DNA from: a virus
Length of the DNA: 64,000 nucleotides
Strand: one strand, 5' to 3'
Virus record (IMG/VR): IMGVR_UViG_3300042261_001117
Span: 25,277 to 89,276 of that record
Shown here piece after piece: positions 40,213 to 49,456 of the stretch (position 1 is the first letter of the stretch; each line of letters starts with the position of its first letter). Below the pieces are notes generated by a model. That model saw only the letters and a program-made list of their open reading frames with translations, searched no databases and was not told where the DNA came from. The position numbers were made by a program, and so were the translations under genes.

Positions 40213-40727
40213 AGATCGAGAAGCTGACGCCGGAGCGGGAAGCGCAGATCGCGGTCTACCGCGATCGGTACTTCGCGCTGGCGACGAGCACGGAGCGTGC
40301 GGACCGCCCGCGAGCGGAAGCAGCGGCGCGCGCCATGGCAGAGATCGCTGGTGTGAAGGTCAACAGCGTCGTGTGGGCGGCGACGCCGCAGGACGGCCAA
40401 CGCGAGTACGAGAATGCGTGGGCCTCGCTGCGGGCCTCGCTGGGGGCCTCGCTGCGGGCCTCGCTGTGGGCCTCGCTGTGGGCCTCGCTGTGGGCCTCGC
40501 TGCGGGACTCGCTGCGGGACAGCGACTGGACTGCATTCTACATCTACGCGCAGGAGCAACTCGCGGTCGTGTACGACGAGCGCAGCGCCAACGTGCTGCG
40601 GCTGCACAACGAAATCGCGGCGTCGTGCTTCGCGCTGTGGATCGCGCCCGGCACGGTCATCCTGTGCGAGCGGCCGACGAAGTGCGAGGTCGTGGGCGGG
40701 AAGCTCGTCAACGTCGAGTGGGAGTGA
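40209..40727 (+). CDS. tetrapeptide-repeat phage protein (DUF6745-like)
   Basis: KIEKLTPE...STERADR.RAE, ASLx repeats, CERP. Confidence 0.65.
   Translation: MKIEKLTPEREAQIAVYRDRYFALATSTERADRPRAEAAARAMAEIAGVKVNSVVWAATPQDGQREYENAWASLRASLGASLRASLWASLWASLWASLRDSLRDSDWTAFYIYAQEQLAVVYDERSANVLRLHNEIAASCFALWIAPGTVILCERPTKCEVVGGKLVNVEWE
40422..40517 (+). repeat. 12-bp tandem repeat x8
   Basis: G[CA]CTCGCTG[CGT]GG encoding ASLR/ASLG/ASLW/DSLR. Confidence 0.9.
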
Positions 40728-40732
40728 CAACC

Positions 40733-43461
40733 ATGGTGGAGCGCATCCTGTTCGGGCTCGGGAACGGCATGTACGGCGGGCACCGCGGCGGCGTGGTGAT
40801 GGATGGGGAGTGCATGGGGCTGGCAGTCGATCCGCACTGCGACTCATCGGAGTACGGGCTGCACTCTGCGCTTGAGGACGCGGGCTCGTTCGTCGAGTTC
40901 ATGGAGGAGCGGATCGGCGTCAAGGGCATCCGCAGCACGGACGGTGATCCCGGCAGCGGGCTGTGGGTGTACGAGATCGCGGTCGATCAGAACCACGTCG
41001 ATCCGGACGAGTGGACGCACCTGCGCCAGGGCAAGCTGCGACGACCGTCTCCGGACGAACTCGACTTCGTCAGCGGCGGCATCCCGCCGATCGGATGGTC
41101 AGGTAGTTGCTACCGGCTGTAGAGGAGGAGAACCATGGACGACGGACGCTACCGCGTCTGCGGTCGGCTCGGAACCACGCCCGCGGACGAGCAGAAGCTG
41201 GCGGTGCAGTTGGAGATCGTCTACTCCGGCACCCACCACTCGGACTGGATGCCCGTCAACCCGAAGCTGATCGCGTTCTTCATGGCGCATCCGCTCGAGA
41301 AGTGGTGGCCGCGCTTCGCCGGAGACGCCACGCTCGACGACGTGGAGCGCGTCTCCAAGCGCATCATGGACCGCGCAGGTCGGTGCCCGTGGCCGATCAC
41401 CGAAGACCTCGCGCGCGGACTGGCCCGCGTGATGACCGAGGTGGTCGTGGCCATCCGCGAACAGGTGTGGGCGGGCGAAGACGCGGAGGACGGCGACTTC
41501 GGGTTCGACGACACAGCGCTCTCGTGGGGCGGCATCCGCATTGGCATCAAGACGGATCAGATCGACGGGATGATCACCATCCCGCTGATCGAACAGCCCG
41601 CCTACGACTTCGACGTGAAGACGGGCGACACGCTGGGCGGGCTGATGGTGGCAGCGAAGGAAGCCGAGGCGCTGCTCCGAAAAGCTCTCGGGCCGGTGAG
41701 GTGAGCATGGACCCGACGCAACCGGTCGACGGAAAGCTGGGCGACGAACTGCGCGATGGCGTGGACTTCGTCGTGGACAGCGGTGGTGCGATCGAGTGGG
41801 AGAATCCAGCGGGCAAGTCGCAGGCGTTCATGGGCGTCGACTGGGGCATCGGTCCAGACAGGATCGTGACGTCGGTGGTCGACCGCGACGGGGGCGTCAT
41901 CGCGTGCATCGATGGCGGGATGGCGTCGTCGGAGGACATCCGGTCACTGATTCGCAAGTGGAGCGAGACGCCGCAAGACCCTGCGCGGATGGTGCTGCTT
42001 CCTGACGAACCGCCCGTGATGTTCGTTCCGTTCACGCGGCGTGGGATCGACGAAGACTTCAAGCTGTGGATCGAGCGCGCGGACGCTGAGGTTCGACGAG
42101 CGTTCCAGATCCCGGAGAAGATGCTCCGCGGTGAGGAGCTTCGGAAGCGCATGGTCGAGTGGAAGCGACTGCCGAAGCGTGGAGAGCACCGCCGCCGCAA
42201 GGTCCAGACGCGGCGCGGAAAGAAAGCGTGGTGGTGAGGATGAACGCCGACGACCGCCGCTATCTCGAACGCGTGAGCGACGTGCTGTGCGCGTTGCCGC
42301 TCCCGTGCGCTGCCGGTGGCACGCAGTCGCAGAGCGTCGGCGGGTTCGTGTCGTTCGGCATGGACGGGAGCTTCGCCAAGCCGCTGATCGAGAAAGCGCT
42401 GCTGCTGGTCCGCTCCAGGGGCTTGCCGCAGTTCGACGAGTTGGATCAGCAAGACCTTGACGAAGCACTCGCGCGGCTGGAGGCGTTCGTGGTGCGGAGA
42501 CGCGCGGAGGACTGGTGCGAGTGGGTGCACCGCTCGCTCAACAGCAGACGTGCGGACTACGAGATCGGTCCACTTCCGACGATGGAGGATGCGCGATGAG
42601 CACAGACAACGGCTCGAAGATGGACCGGCCGCCGTGCTACGAGACGGACCCCGCGAAGGTGTTCGGTGGGTGCGTTGCCGGTCCCGGCTGCGACGGGTGC
42701 GCGGCGGATCGGTCGCATGCTGGAGCGAAGCCGGAAGCGGATGTGGTTGAGAAACTCGACGCGCTGTTGACGTTCGCGGAGAAGGCCGCACCCGGCTTGC
42801 AGACGCCAGCGCTGATCCGTGCGTCGACGCCGGGACTGCGCGAAAAGTTCTACAAGGAACACGCGCGCTGCGAGGATTGCGGCGGAACTGGGTGGGCGCG
42901 TGTGCATGCAGGAAACGACGAGTGGCCGCTGAAGCGATGCTCGTGCGGCGGCGAATCGTCGACGCCATCCGTCGTCGTCCGCAATCGAGAAACCGGCGCG
43001 ACGACCGAGCACACGCACGCTGATCTTCGCGAACAACGCATCCTTGTGGAGTCGACGTACTACGGGCGCCCGATGTCCGAACTGTCGCGCGAGGAACTGA
43101 TCACCGCTCTGGAAGAGTGCGGGCGCGCCATGCGCGAGATGGAGCAGCGACTCCGCGACCGAACGAAGCTGGGGGTCGGAAGATGACAATCACCACGTTG
43201 GTGTTGTTGGCCTTCGCAGTTCTCGCTGCTGCCGGATTGGCGTGGAACAGTTGGCGCGCGCGGAAGCGGCAGCGGGCGTTTCAGCGGTATCTCGACAAGC
43301 ACCACGACGACTACCACTACCGCATCATCGCAGTCGGCAAGAAGATCGACGCCCCGATCAATGTGGTGGTCGGCGACCGCCATACCATAGCGAAGTTCCC
43401 GTCTGTGTCCGGCGCACCGGGCCACTACGCGATCTACCGCGGCGGGCGGGTGACGCGATGA
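40733..43461 (+). other. six hypothetical CDSs (40733-41122, 41135-41704, 41707-42237, 42240-42599, 42596-43186, 43183-43461)
   Basis: Tightly packed with RBS or ATGA overlaps. Confidence 0.5.
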
Positions 43462-43931
43462 TCTGCCTGCTCACGTACCGCGGGTACTACAAGCCCATGC
43501 GCGCAGCCGAGGTTCCGTCGTGCTCTGGCTGCGGCGCGTGCTGTGGCATCTACGGTGTCCCGATCAAAGCGGAGGAGTCCGCGTCGCTGGAGCCGTGGAC
43601 GTGTGATCAGCGGGACGAAGGACGCCACGGCATCGTCGACTACATCCCGCTCGTCGGTGCTGGCGGCGCGGCGGTGAAGTCGAAGCACCGGAATGTCGTC
43701 TGCATCGCTGACGAGAGCGTCACCGGGAGGTGTCGGAAGCTGACCGGCACAGTCGGATCTGACGCCGCGTGCTCGATCTACCACGCACGTCCCACCGACT
43801 GCCGGACGTTCGTGGCTGGCTCGTGGAACTGCTTGACGTCTCGTCTGGCGATGGGGCTGGGCGTGCCCGGGTGGTTCGCGCGAGCCCACGCACGCGTGCA
43901 TGCGCTGGCCAGCGCCGCTCCGGTCCACTGA
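43458..43931 (+). CDS. YkgJ-family Cys-cluster protein
   Basis: CSGCGACC...CSIYHARPTDCRTF. Confidence 0.8.
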   Translation: MICLLTYRGYYKPMRAAEVPSCSGCGACCGIYGVPIKAEESASLEPWTCDQRDEGRHGIVDYIPLVGAGGAAVKSKHRNVVCIADESVTGRCRKLTGTVGSDAACSIYHARPTDCRTFVAGSWNCLTSRLAMGLGVPGWFARAHARVHALASAAPVH

Positions 43932-43938
43932 GCCCGTC

Positions 43939-43967
43939 TTGCGATCCCGTCGTCCTGCGTGTACGAT
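43939..43967 (+). promoter_or_regulatory. putative promoter of the head cluster
   Basis: TTGCGA-N17-TACGAT. Confidence 0.55.
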
Positions 43968-44000
43968 TCTGGCGCGATCCCTCGCAGCCGGAGGCATCCC

Positions 44001-44663
44001 ATGCCGCGTTTTTCGCTGAAGGACGTCAAGACCGCGACGCTAGAGCACCGCTGGAACCCCGATAAGGACGACGTCAGCGAGGACGTGATCCGCGCGATGC
44101 AGGGGCTCGACGTGGAGAAGGGCGGGATCGACGCGCTGGCGAAGATCATCGACCTGGGAGCGGTCGAAAAAGCCGTCGCTCCGGCGCGCGAGGATGCCCC
44201 ACGTTCGAAGCAGTCGTCCGGCGGCGCCAACGACGCAACCGCGAAGCCCAAAGCGAAGGACGACGGCAAAGCGCCCGCGCCGGACGGTGAAGCGGACGAC
44301 TCCGGACCCGAGGACGCCATCAAGCCGCTCATCATCGAGGTCTACAAAGCCTGGGCGGGCACGACCCGCGGCCAGACGCTGCCCGAGGGCGCACCCGCGT
44401 GGGTGCAGGCGCAGCAGGGCGAGAACGCCGCGAAGTTCGCGCTGCGCGCGGCGGGCGAACTCGCCAAGATGCCCGAGGCGCGCGAGGCCATGGTGTCGGT
44501 GGGGCACGGGCCAGACTGGGACGACTGGGTCGCGGCGGTCATGCGCTACGACGGCGCGAAGGCGCTGGCGGACAAGCCCGCGCCCGGCGCCGTCGAGAAG
44601 GCGCTGCTGGACACGTCGCCGCTCGCCGCTCTGGCACAGTTGGTCGAGGAGCACGGTGCATGA
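44001..44663 (+). CDS. hypothetical head-associated protein
   Basis: GGAGG RBS; VEKG and two VEKA motifs. Confidence 0.55.
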   Translation: MPRFSLKDVKTATLEHRWNPDKDDVSEDVIRAMQGLDVEKGGIDALAKIIDLGAVEKAVAPAREDAPRSKQSSGGANDATAKPKAKDDGKAPAPDGEADDSGPEDAIKPLIIEVYKAWAGTTRGQTLPEGAPAWVQAQQGENAAKFALRAAGELAKMPEAREAMVSVGHGPDWDDWVAAVMRYDGAKALADKPAPGAVEKALLDTSPLAALAQLVEEHGA

Positions 44664-44950
44664 GGTTCGTGCGGCGCGGTGGCGACGAGGTGTCGCACGT
44701 GCAGTTGGTCGCGTTCAACCGCACCAACTGGAGCGAGAGCGAAGCGGAGTCGTGGATGCTGAACCGCGACCTCGCGACTGATGGCGGGTCGACGGCGGAG
44801 GACTGGCTGCTCTACCCGCAGGGAGAGAAGGACGAGACGCGGTACGACTACCGCGATCTGGTGCTGTCGCGCGTGGGTGGGCTGCCCGACGTGCGCGTGG
44901 TGATCGGCGTGCCCAACGGGCGCGCGATGCAACTCGGAAGGAGGCGGTGA
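44660..44950 (+). CDS. hypothetical protein
   Basis: Overlaps both neighbours. Confidence 0.5.
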   Translation: MRFVRRGGDEVSHVQLVAFNRTNWSESEAESWMLNRDLATDGGSTAEDWLLYPQGEKDETRYDYRDLVLSRVGGLPDVRVVIGVPNGRAMQLGRRR

Positions 44951-45570
44951 TGCCCCAGGTGATCGAGATCGGGAAGCGCGGAGGGAAGATCGTTGGGCAT
45001 CGCGGCGGGAAGCCGGTGTACGGTGGCGACACGCCCACCGCTCCGGCCAAGCGCTCGTCTCCGACTGACGCCACGTTCGCCAACGACGACGTGAAGAAGA
45101 AGTACGGCGAGCACGTGAAGAAGATCCACGGTCTGCTCGACAAGATCGGACCGAAGATCGCGGAGACCGGCAACGACGTCCCCGCCGATTCGCACAAGTG
45201 GACCGGCGACCTGCACCACGCCAACGAGATGCTCGCGGAGGCCTCGTCGCACGTGGGCGCGGGAGACGGCACATACGAGGAGCCGTACCACCCCGGGCAG
45301 TCCGGCGCGGAGCGCCGCGCGCTGCACAAGAAGAACGCCGCGTCGGCGATCGGCAAGCTCCACGACGCGGTCGACAGCTTCCACCGCGGCAGCAATGACA
45401 ACCGCGTCGACTACGGGCACATCGGATCGCTCAGCGAGACGCGGAACCACCTGCAGAACCTCCACGACCAGTTGCACGGCGAGGGGCAGTACGCACCGCG
45501 GCGCGAGCCCCGCATGGTGCCGAGCGCGACGAAGAAGCCCGCGGCCATCGACAAGCTGCTCAAGGTGTAG
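44950..45570 (+). CDS. GKRGG-tagged His-rich protein
   Basis: N-terminal MPQVIEIGKRGGKIVGHRGGKPVYG. Confidence 0.65.
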   Translation: MPQVIEIGKRGGKIVGHRGGKPVYGGDTPTAPAKRSSPTDATFANDDVKKKYGEHVKKIHGLLDKIGPKIAETGNDVPADSHKWTGDLHHANEMLAEASSHVGAGDGTYEEPYHPGQSGAERRALHKKNAASAIGKLHDAVDSFHRGSNDNRVDYGHIGSLSETRNHLQNLHDQLHGEGQYAPRREPRMVPSATKKPAAIDKLLKV

Positions 45571-45573
45571 TCC

Positions 45574-45888
45574 ATGCACGCGCTGCTCAAACTCGGAACG
45601 GTCGAGGTTGTCCGCGCCACGCTGCTCGACGAACCGAAGGACTGGCACGAGGCGATCGACGCCACGGTGGAGTGGTCCGGCGACGACTCGATCCTCGCAG
45701 CGATCGAGGAGCACGAGGGCTCCTACGCGGAGACCGCACGGCTCGAGAACTACGCGGTCGCGCGCATGCGAGCGCTCGCAGACGAACTGCAGAGCGACGG
45801 CGTAGACGCCACGGTCGAAGTGCACGGCATCCCGGAGCGCCCGGCGGACCCAGCGACGGACGAGAGCGGGCAGCCGATCGTCTACTAG
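45574..45888 (+). CDS. small acidic hypothetical protein
   Basis: Follows tagged gene by 3 nt; resembles 48486-48776. Confidence 0.55.
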   Translation: MHALLKLGTVEVVRATLLDEPKDWHEAIDATVEWSGDDSILAAIEEHEGSYAETARLENYAVARMRALADELQSDGVDATVEVHGIPERPADPATDESGQPIVY

Positions 45889-45897
45889 GAGGGCGTC

Positions 45898-47922
45898 GTG
45901 CCGCACATCGTTGAGATCGGGAAGCGCGGCGGCAAGATCATCGGCCGCAAGCCGGATGGCACTCCGATCTACGGCAAAGAGGGCCCCGACCGACAGCCAG
46001 CCGCGCAGGAGCAGCCCGGCGGTGAGCGGAAGCCCGCGCAGCAGGAACCGCCGAAGCGCGTGCGTGACGCACGACTGCCCGCGCAGGGCGTGCAGATGCG
46101 CGGGCGGTACAAGGGTGCCATGGGCGTGCTGGTCGAGAACGTCGACGGCACGTTCACGCTTTCGGTGGATGGCCAGCGCCACGGCGTCTACAAGAGCCCG
46201 AGCAGCGCGGCCAGTGCGTGGTTCGGAAGCGCTCAGAATGGCTTCCGGGTGTTCGGCATCCTCAACGCGAAGCCGGAGCCCGGTCCGAAGCCCCCCGAGC
46301 CCGAGCCTCCGAAACCCACGTGGCCACCGAAGCCCGTCGATCCTCCGAAGCCTCCGGTCCCGCCGGTCAACCGCGACGCGCGGCTGCCGAAGTCCGGCGA
46401 CTCGCGTGTGCGGCTGTGGAACGGATCGAAGGTCGCGGTCATCTTCGGCGAGGGCAGCGAGGTCGAGATCGAGGTCGACGGGAAGTCGCGCGGGAAGTTC
46501 AAGAGCATCTCCGCCGCGGCCAGTGCGATCACGGGCTCGGCGCAGAACGGGTACCGGTGGTTCGGGCTGGGCGGTGGCGAGAAGCCGCCGAAGCCGAAGC
46601 CGAAACCCAAGCCGACGCCGCCCACTCCGCCAAAGCCGCCGGAACCGAAGCCGATCGAGCCGGTCAAGCCGCCAGAGCCACCGAAGCCTCCGGAGCCGCC
46701 CGAGCCGAAGTCGGAAGCGTCGCAGGCCGAGTACAAAGCCGCGTGGTCGGTCGCGTCCGGCGCGAGCGCCGCGGCGTGGCGCGCGCAAAAGGGCGTCAAG
46801 AAGTCGCTGCCGCTCGAGCAGCAGATCGCGGCGCACCAGTCAGCGATCGACGCGTTCAAAAAGGCCAAGGACGAGTGGGAGAAGGTCGCTGCCATTGCGC
46901 GCAAGCTCGGGCTCGACAAGCAGGCCAAGTGGGCGGACCAGGGTGCGAGCGGATCGCAGTCGAGCATCTCGAGGAACCTCAAAGCCATCGAGAAAGCGAA
47001 GGCGCTGGACCACGTGAAGTCCGATGCGTCCACGACGCCGGTCGACACCTCCGCGCTACCGACGCTGGACGCGCTGCTATCCAGCCCCAGCGACGCGATG
47101 CTCGAAGGACTGCACGACTACACGAAGAAGCTGCTGGCGGCGTTCGGTGCGAGCGACGGGAAGATGGACGACGTCGCGGTGGAGCGCGCGGTGCAACAGT
47201 CGAAAACGATGTCGTCTGATATTGAGGCTACGTGTAAGCGCATTCACGATGGCATGCCGTCGATGCCAGAGAACTTCAAGATGGGCCTTTCGCACAGCGG
47301 TGTGGAGGGCTCGAACGCGCACATGAAGCTGCACAACGAGCTAATGAAGCGCTCGCAGTCGCAAGTAAACTTTTCGTCAGCAATGCTCACGCATCTGAGG
47401 CCAGGACATACGATCAGCGTCGAACTAACCGCGCCGCATGTATTTAGCAACGGAACCACATCGTACAATTACGGGCGTGCAAGCTGTCTATTTGAGAATC
47501 GGTTTCAATCCGTGATGAAGCTTGCTCCTGGCGACCCAAAAAAGTACGTGATCGTTCACGAAGCTGGCCACGCACTCGAGGGCGACGCCGGTTCTGGCGA
47601 TAGGCTGTCGCGCATCCAGACGCTGGCTACTAAGTACCGGAGATGGCAGTCGAATCGCACGAACAACAGCGGCATCACCGGCCACGTCGATCTGATCGGC
47701 ATGCCCGGCGAAAAGCGGCTGCGCGGCAAGTTCATCGACCCGTACGCCGCGAAATACTACGATCACGGTCACACGGAGATCGTCTCCATGGGGCTGGAGA
47801 TCTGGCACGAAGGCGGCGCTCGCCTCCGCAAGATGATCCGCGACTTCCCCGAGCACTACGCGATCATCCACGCGCTGGTCAGCGAGGCGCACAAGAAAGC
47901 GACGGCAGGAGGAACCACGTGA
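45898..47922 (+). CDS. GKRGG-tagged polyvalent protein: two DUF2924/RAMA-like domains and a HExxH metallopeptidase
   Basis: Tag, RDARLP...NGFRVFG and RDARLP...NGYRWFGL, Pro/Lys linkers, HEAGH...PYAAKYY...TEIVSMGLE. Confidence 0.75.
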   Translation: MPHIVEIGKRGGKIIGRKPDGTPIYGKEGPDRQPAAQEQPGGERKPAQQEPPKRVRDARLPAQGVQMRGRYKGAMGVLVENVDGTFTLSVDGQRHGVYKSPSSAASAWFGSAQNGFRVFGILNAKPEPGPKPPEPEPPKPTWPPKPVDPPKPPVPPVNRDARLPKSGDSRVRLWNGSKVAVIFGEGSEVEIEVDGKSRGKFKSISAAASAITGSAQNGYRWFGLGGGEKPPKPKPKPKPTPPTPPKPPEPKPIEPVKPPEPPKPPEPPEPKSEASQAEYKAAWSVASGASAAAWRAQKGVKKSLPLEQQIAAHQSAIDAFKKAKDEWEKVAAIARKLGLDKQAKWADQGASGSQSSISRNLKAIEKAKALDHVKSDASTTPVDTSALPTLDALLSSPSDAMLEGLHDYTKKLLAAFGASDGKMDDVAVERAVQQSKTMSSDIEATCKRIHDGMPSMPENFKMGLSHSGVEGSNAHMKLHNELMKRSQSQVNFSSAMLTHLRPGHTISVELTAPHVFSNGTTSYNYGRASCLFENRFQSVMKLAPGDPKKYVIVHEAGHALEGDAGSGDRLSRIQTLATKYRRWQSNRTNNSGITGHVDLIGMPGEKRLRGKFIDPYAAKYYDHGHTEIVSMGLEIWHEGGARLRKMIRDFPEHYAIIHALVSEAHKKATAGGTT

Positions 47923-48482
47923 AGCCCGAACACCTCGCGCTGGCGCTGCGGGTCAAGACCGGGCTGCCGTTCCAGCCGGACGCCATCCACCCCGGCGCGG
48001 TGCACTTCTGCCCGCGTACCGGCGAGACGTTCTTGCGCGTCTGGCCGGACGACGGATGCTACGTGGTGCAGGCGTTCATCGCATCGGAGCAGCGCTCTGT
48101 TGCGAAGTCGCTGGACGAGGTTCCGGACCTGATCGGCACGACGCTCGCGCGATCGATGTCGCGGGAGCACCACGGCGTCACTGTGGTCGCGGACGCGCTG
48201 GCGAAGGACATCGACCAGCGCGTGGCGGAGCGGCTGCTCGGTCGCGGGGCCCGCGTGGACCGGCTCGAAGACCTGGGAGACGGGTTCCTGACGTACGACA
48301 TCGTCGGCGTCGGGACGTGCAGACTGCGGCGCAGCGACAGCGGGCGCTCGGTGACGAGCGCGGAGTTCATGCCAGACGCGACGGACAAGTTCGAAGCGGA
48401 GAAAGACCTGGGCGGCATGACGCCCGAGCAGGCAGCGGACTGGATCGCGTGGCGGGCAGTGGCACCGCGCATCAAGGGGTGA
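47919..48482 (+). CDS. hypothetical protein
   Basis: AGGAGG RBS and GTGA overlap. Confidence 0.55.
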   Translation: MKPEHLALALRVKTGLPFQPDAIHPGAVHFCPRTGETFLRVWPDDGCYVVQAFIASEQRSVAKSLDEVPDLIGTTLARSMSREHHGVTVVADALAKDIDQRVAERLLGRGARVDRLEDLGDGFLTYDIVGVGTCRLRRSDSGRSVTSAEFMPDATDKFEAEKDLGGMTPEQAADWIAWRAVAPRIKG

Positions 48483-48485
48483 GCG

Positions 48486-48776
48486 ATGACTTGCATCCTG
48501 CGGGTGGAAGGCGACGTGGTGGTCACGCTGCACGTGCCCGGCAAGACGTGGGCGGAGATCGCCGATGCGGATCGCGCGGGGCGCGTGACGTGGGACGGCA
48601 ACGAGTCGCTCATCGAGCGTGCGCGCAGCCTGCGCCCGTACGTGGCCGCGTGCCGCTCGTCGGCTCAACTGCAGTCGCTCTGCAACGAACTGAACTACGG
48701 CGGCATCAACGCCGCGATGACGGTCGCGGACGCACCGCCCGCTCTGCCCGCGTACCCGCCCGAGGTGGTCGCGTAG
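48486..48776 (+). CDS. small hypothetical protein
   Basis: Resembles 45574-45888. Confidence 0.55.
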   Translation: MTCILRVEGDVVVTLHVPGKTWAEIADADRAGRVTWDGNESLIERARSLRPYVAACRSSAQLQSLCNELNYGGINAAMTVADAPPALPAYPPEVVA

Positions 48777-48786
48777 GAGGTGCCCG

Positions 48787-49119
48787 ATGCGCGCGGTGAT
48801 GAAGGTCGGGCCCCGCGGCGGGCAGATCGTCGGCTACCAGCACGGCGACATCACGAAGCCGATCTACAAGCGCGGCGATGACGGCACTATCGCCCCGCAC
48901 CCGCTCGAGCGGAACTCCAGCGAGTGGGTCTACGACCTCGAGCACGATCGGTACTCGCTCTACCGCGACGGCAACACCGTCCTGGTCTGGAGCAAGAAGG
49001 AGTGGCGCGACGACGGGCCTGTCACCATGCATCGGATCAAGATCGAACTCCCGGACGGAACTGCAGCGCACAACGCGCTCTGGTCGACAACGGCGGGTGC
49101 TCCGAAGCCTACACCATGA
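48787..49119 (+). CDS. GPRGG-tagged small protein
   Basis: AGGAGG RBS; MKVGPRGGQIVGYQHGDITKPIY. Confidence 0.65.
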   Translation: MRAVMKVGPRGGQIVGYQHGDITKPIYKRGDDGTIAPHPLERNSSEWVYDLEHDRYSLYRDGNTVLVWSKKEWRDDGPVTMHRIKIELPDGTAAHNALWSTTAGAPKPTP

Positions 49120-49394
49120 AGACGTACTCGAGCCTTAACGTCGACGAGTCGGCAAGCTCGGAGGTGATCTCCATGGGCATGCAGCGGATCGTGGGCGAGT
49201 GGGGGCTCGAGCAGCCCGGCGTCAGCCCGAACGACGTGGCGCGTCGGCTCACGAAGGACTGGGAGCACTTTGCGATGGCGGACCTCGTCATCGAGCATGC
49301 GCTGCACCGGGCGAAGGCATCGGGCAGGCTGCAGCCGACGAAGCGTGGGCGATCGGTCGAGAAGTCCGTGCGCTTCGTGGCGACGGTGGCGTGA
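49116..49394 (+). CDS. hypothetical protein
   Basis: ATGA overlap; C-terminal VEKS. Confidence 0.5.
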   Translation: MKTYSSLNVDESASSEVISMGMQRIVGEWGLEQPGVSPNDVARRLTKDWEHFAMADLVIEHALHRAKASGRLQPTKRGRSVEKSVRFVATVA

Positions 49395-49401
49395 GCGCGG
49401 G

Positions 49402-49430
49402 TTGTGCGCGCACGTGAGATCGGGTACGAT
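49402..49430 (+). promoter_or_regulatory. putative promoter of the portal gene
   Basis: TTGTGC-N17-TACGAT. Confidence 0.55.
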
Positions 49431-49456
49431 TCCGCACTGACGCGAGGAGGGATCAC

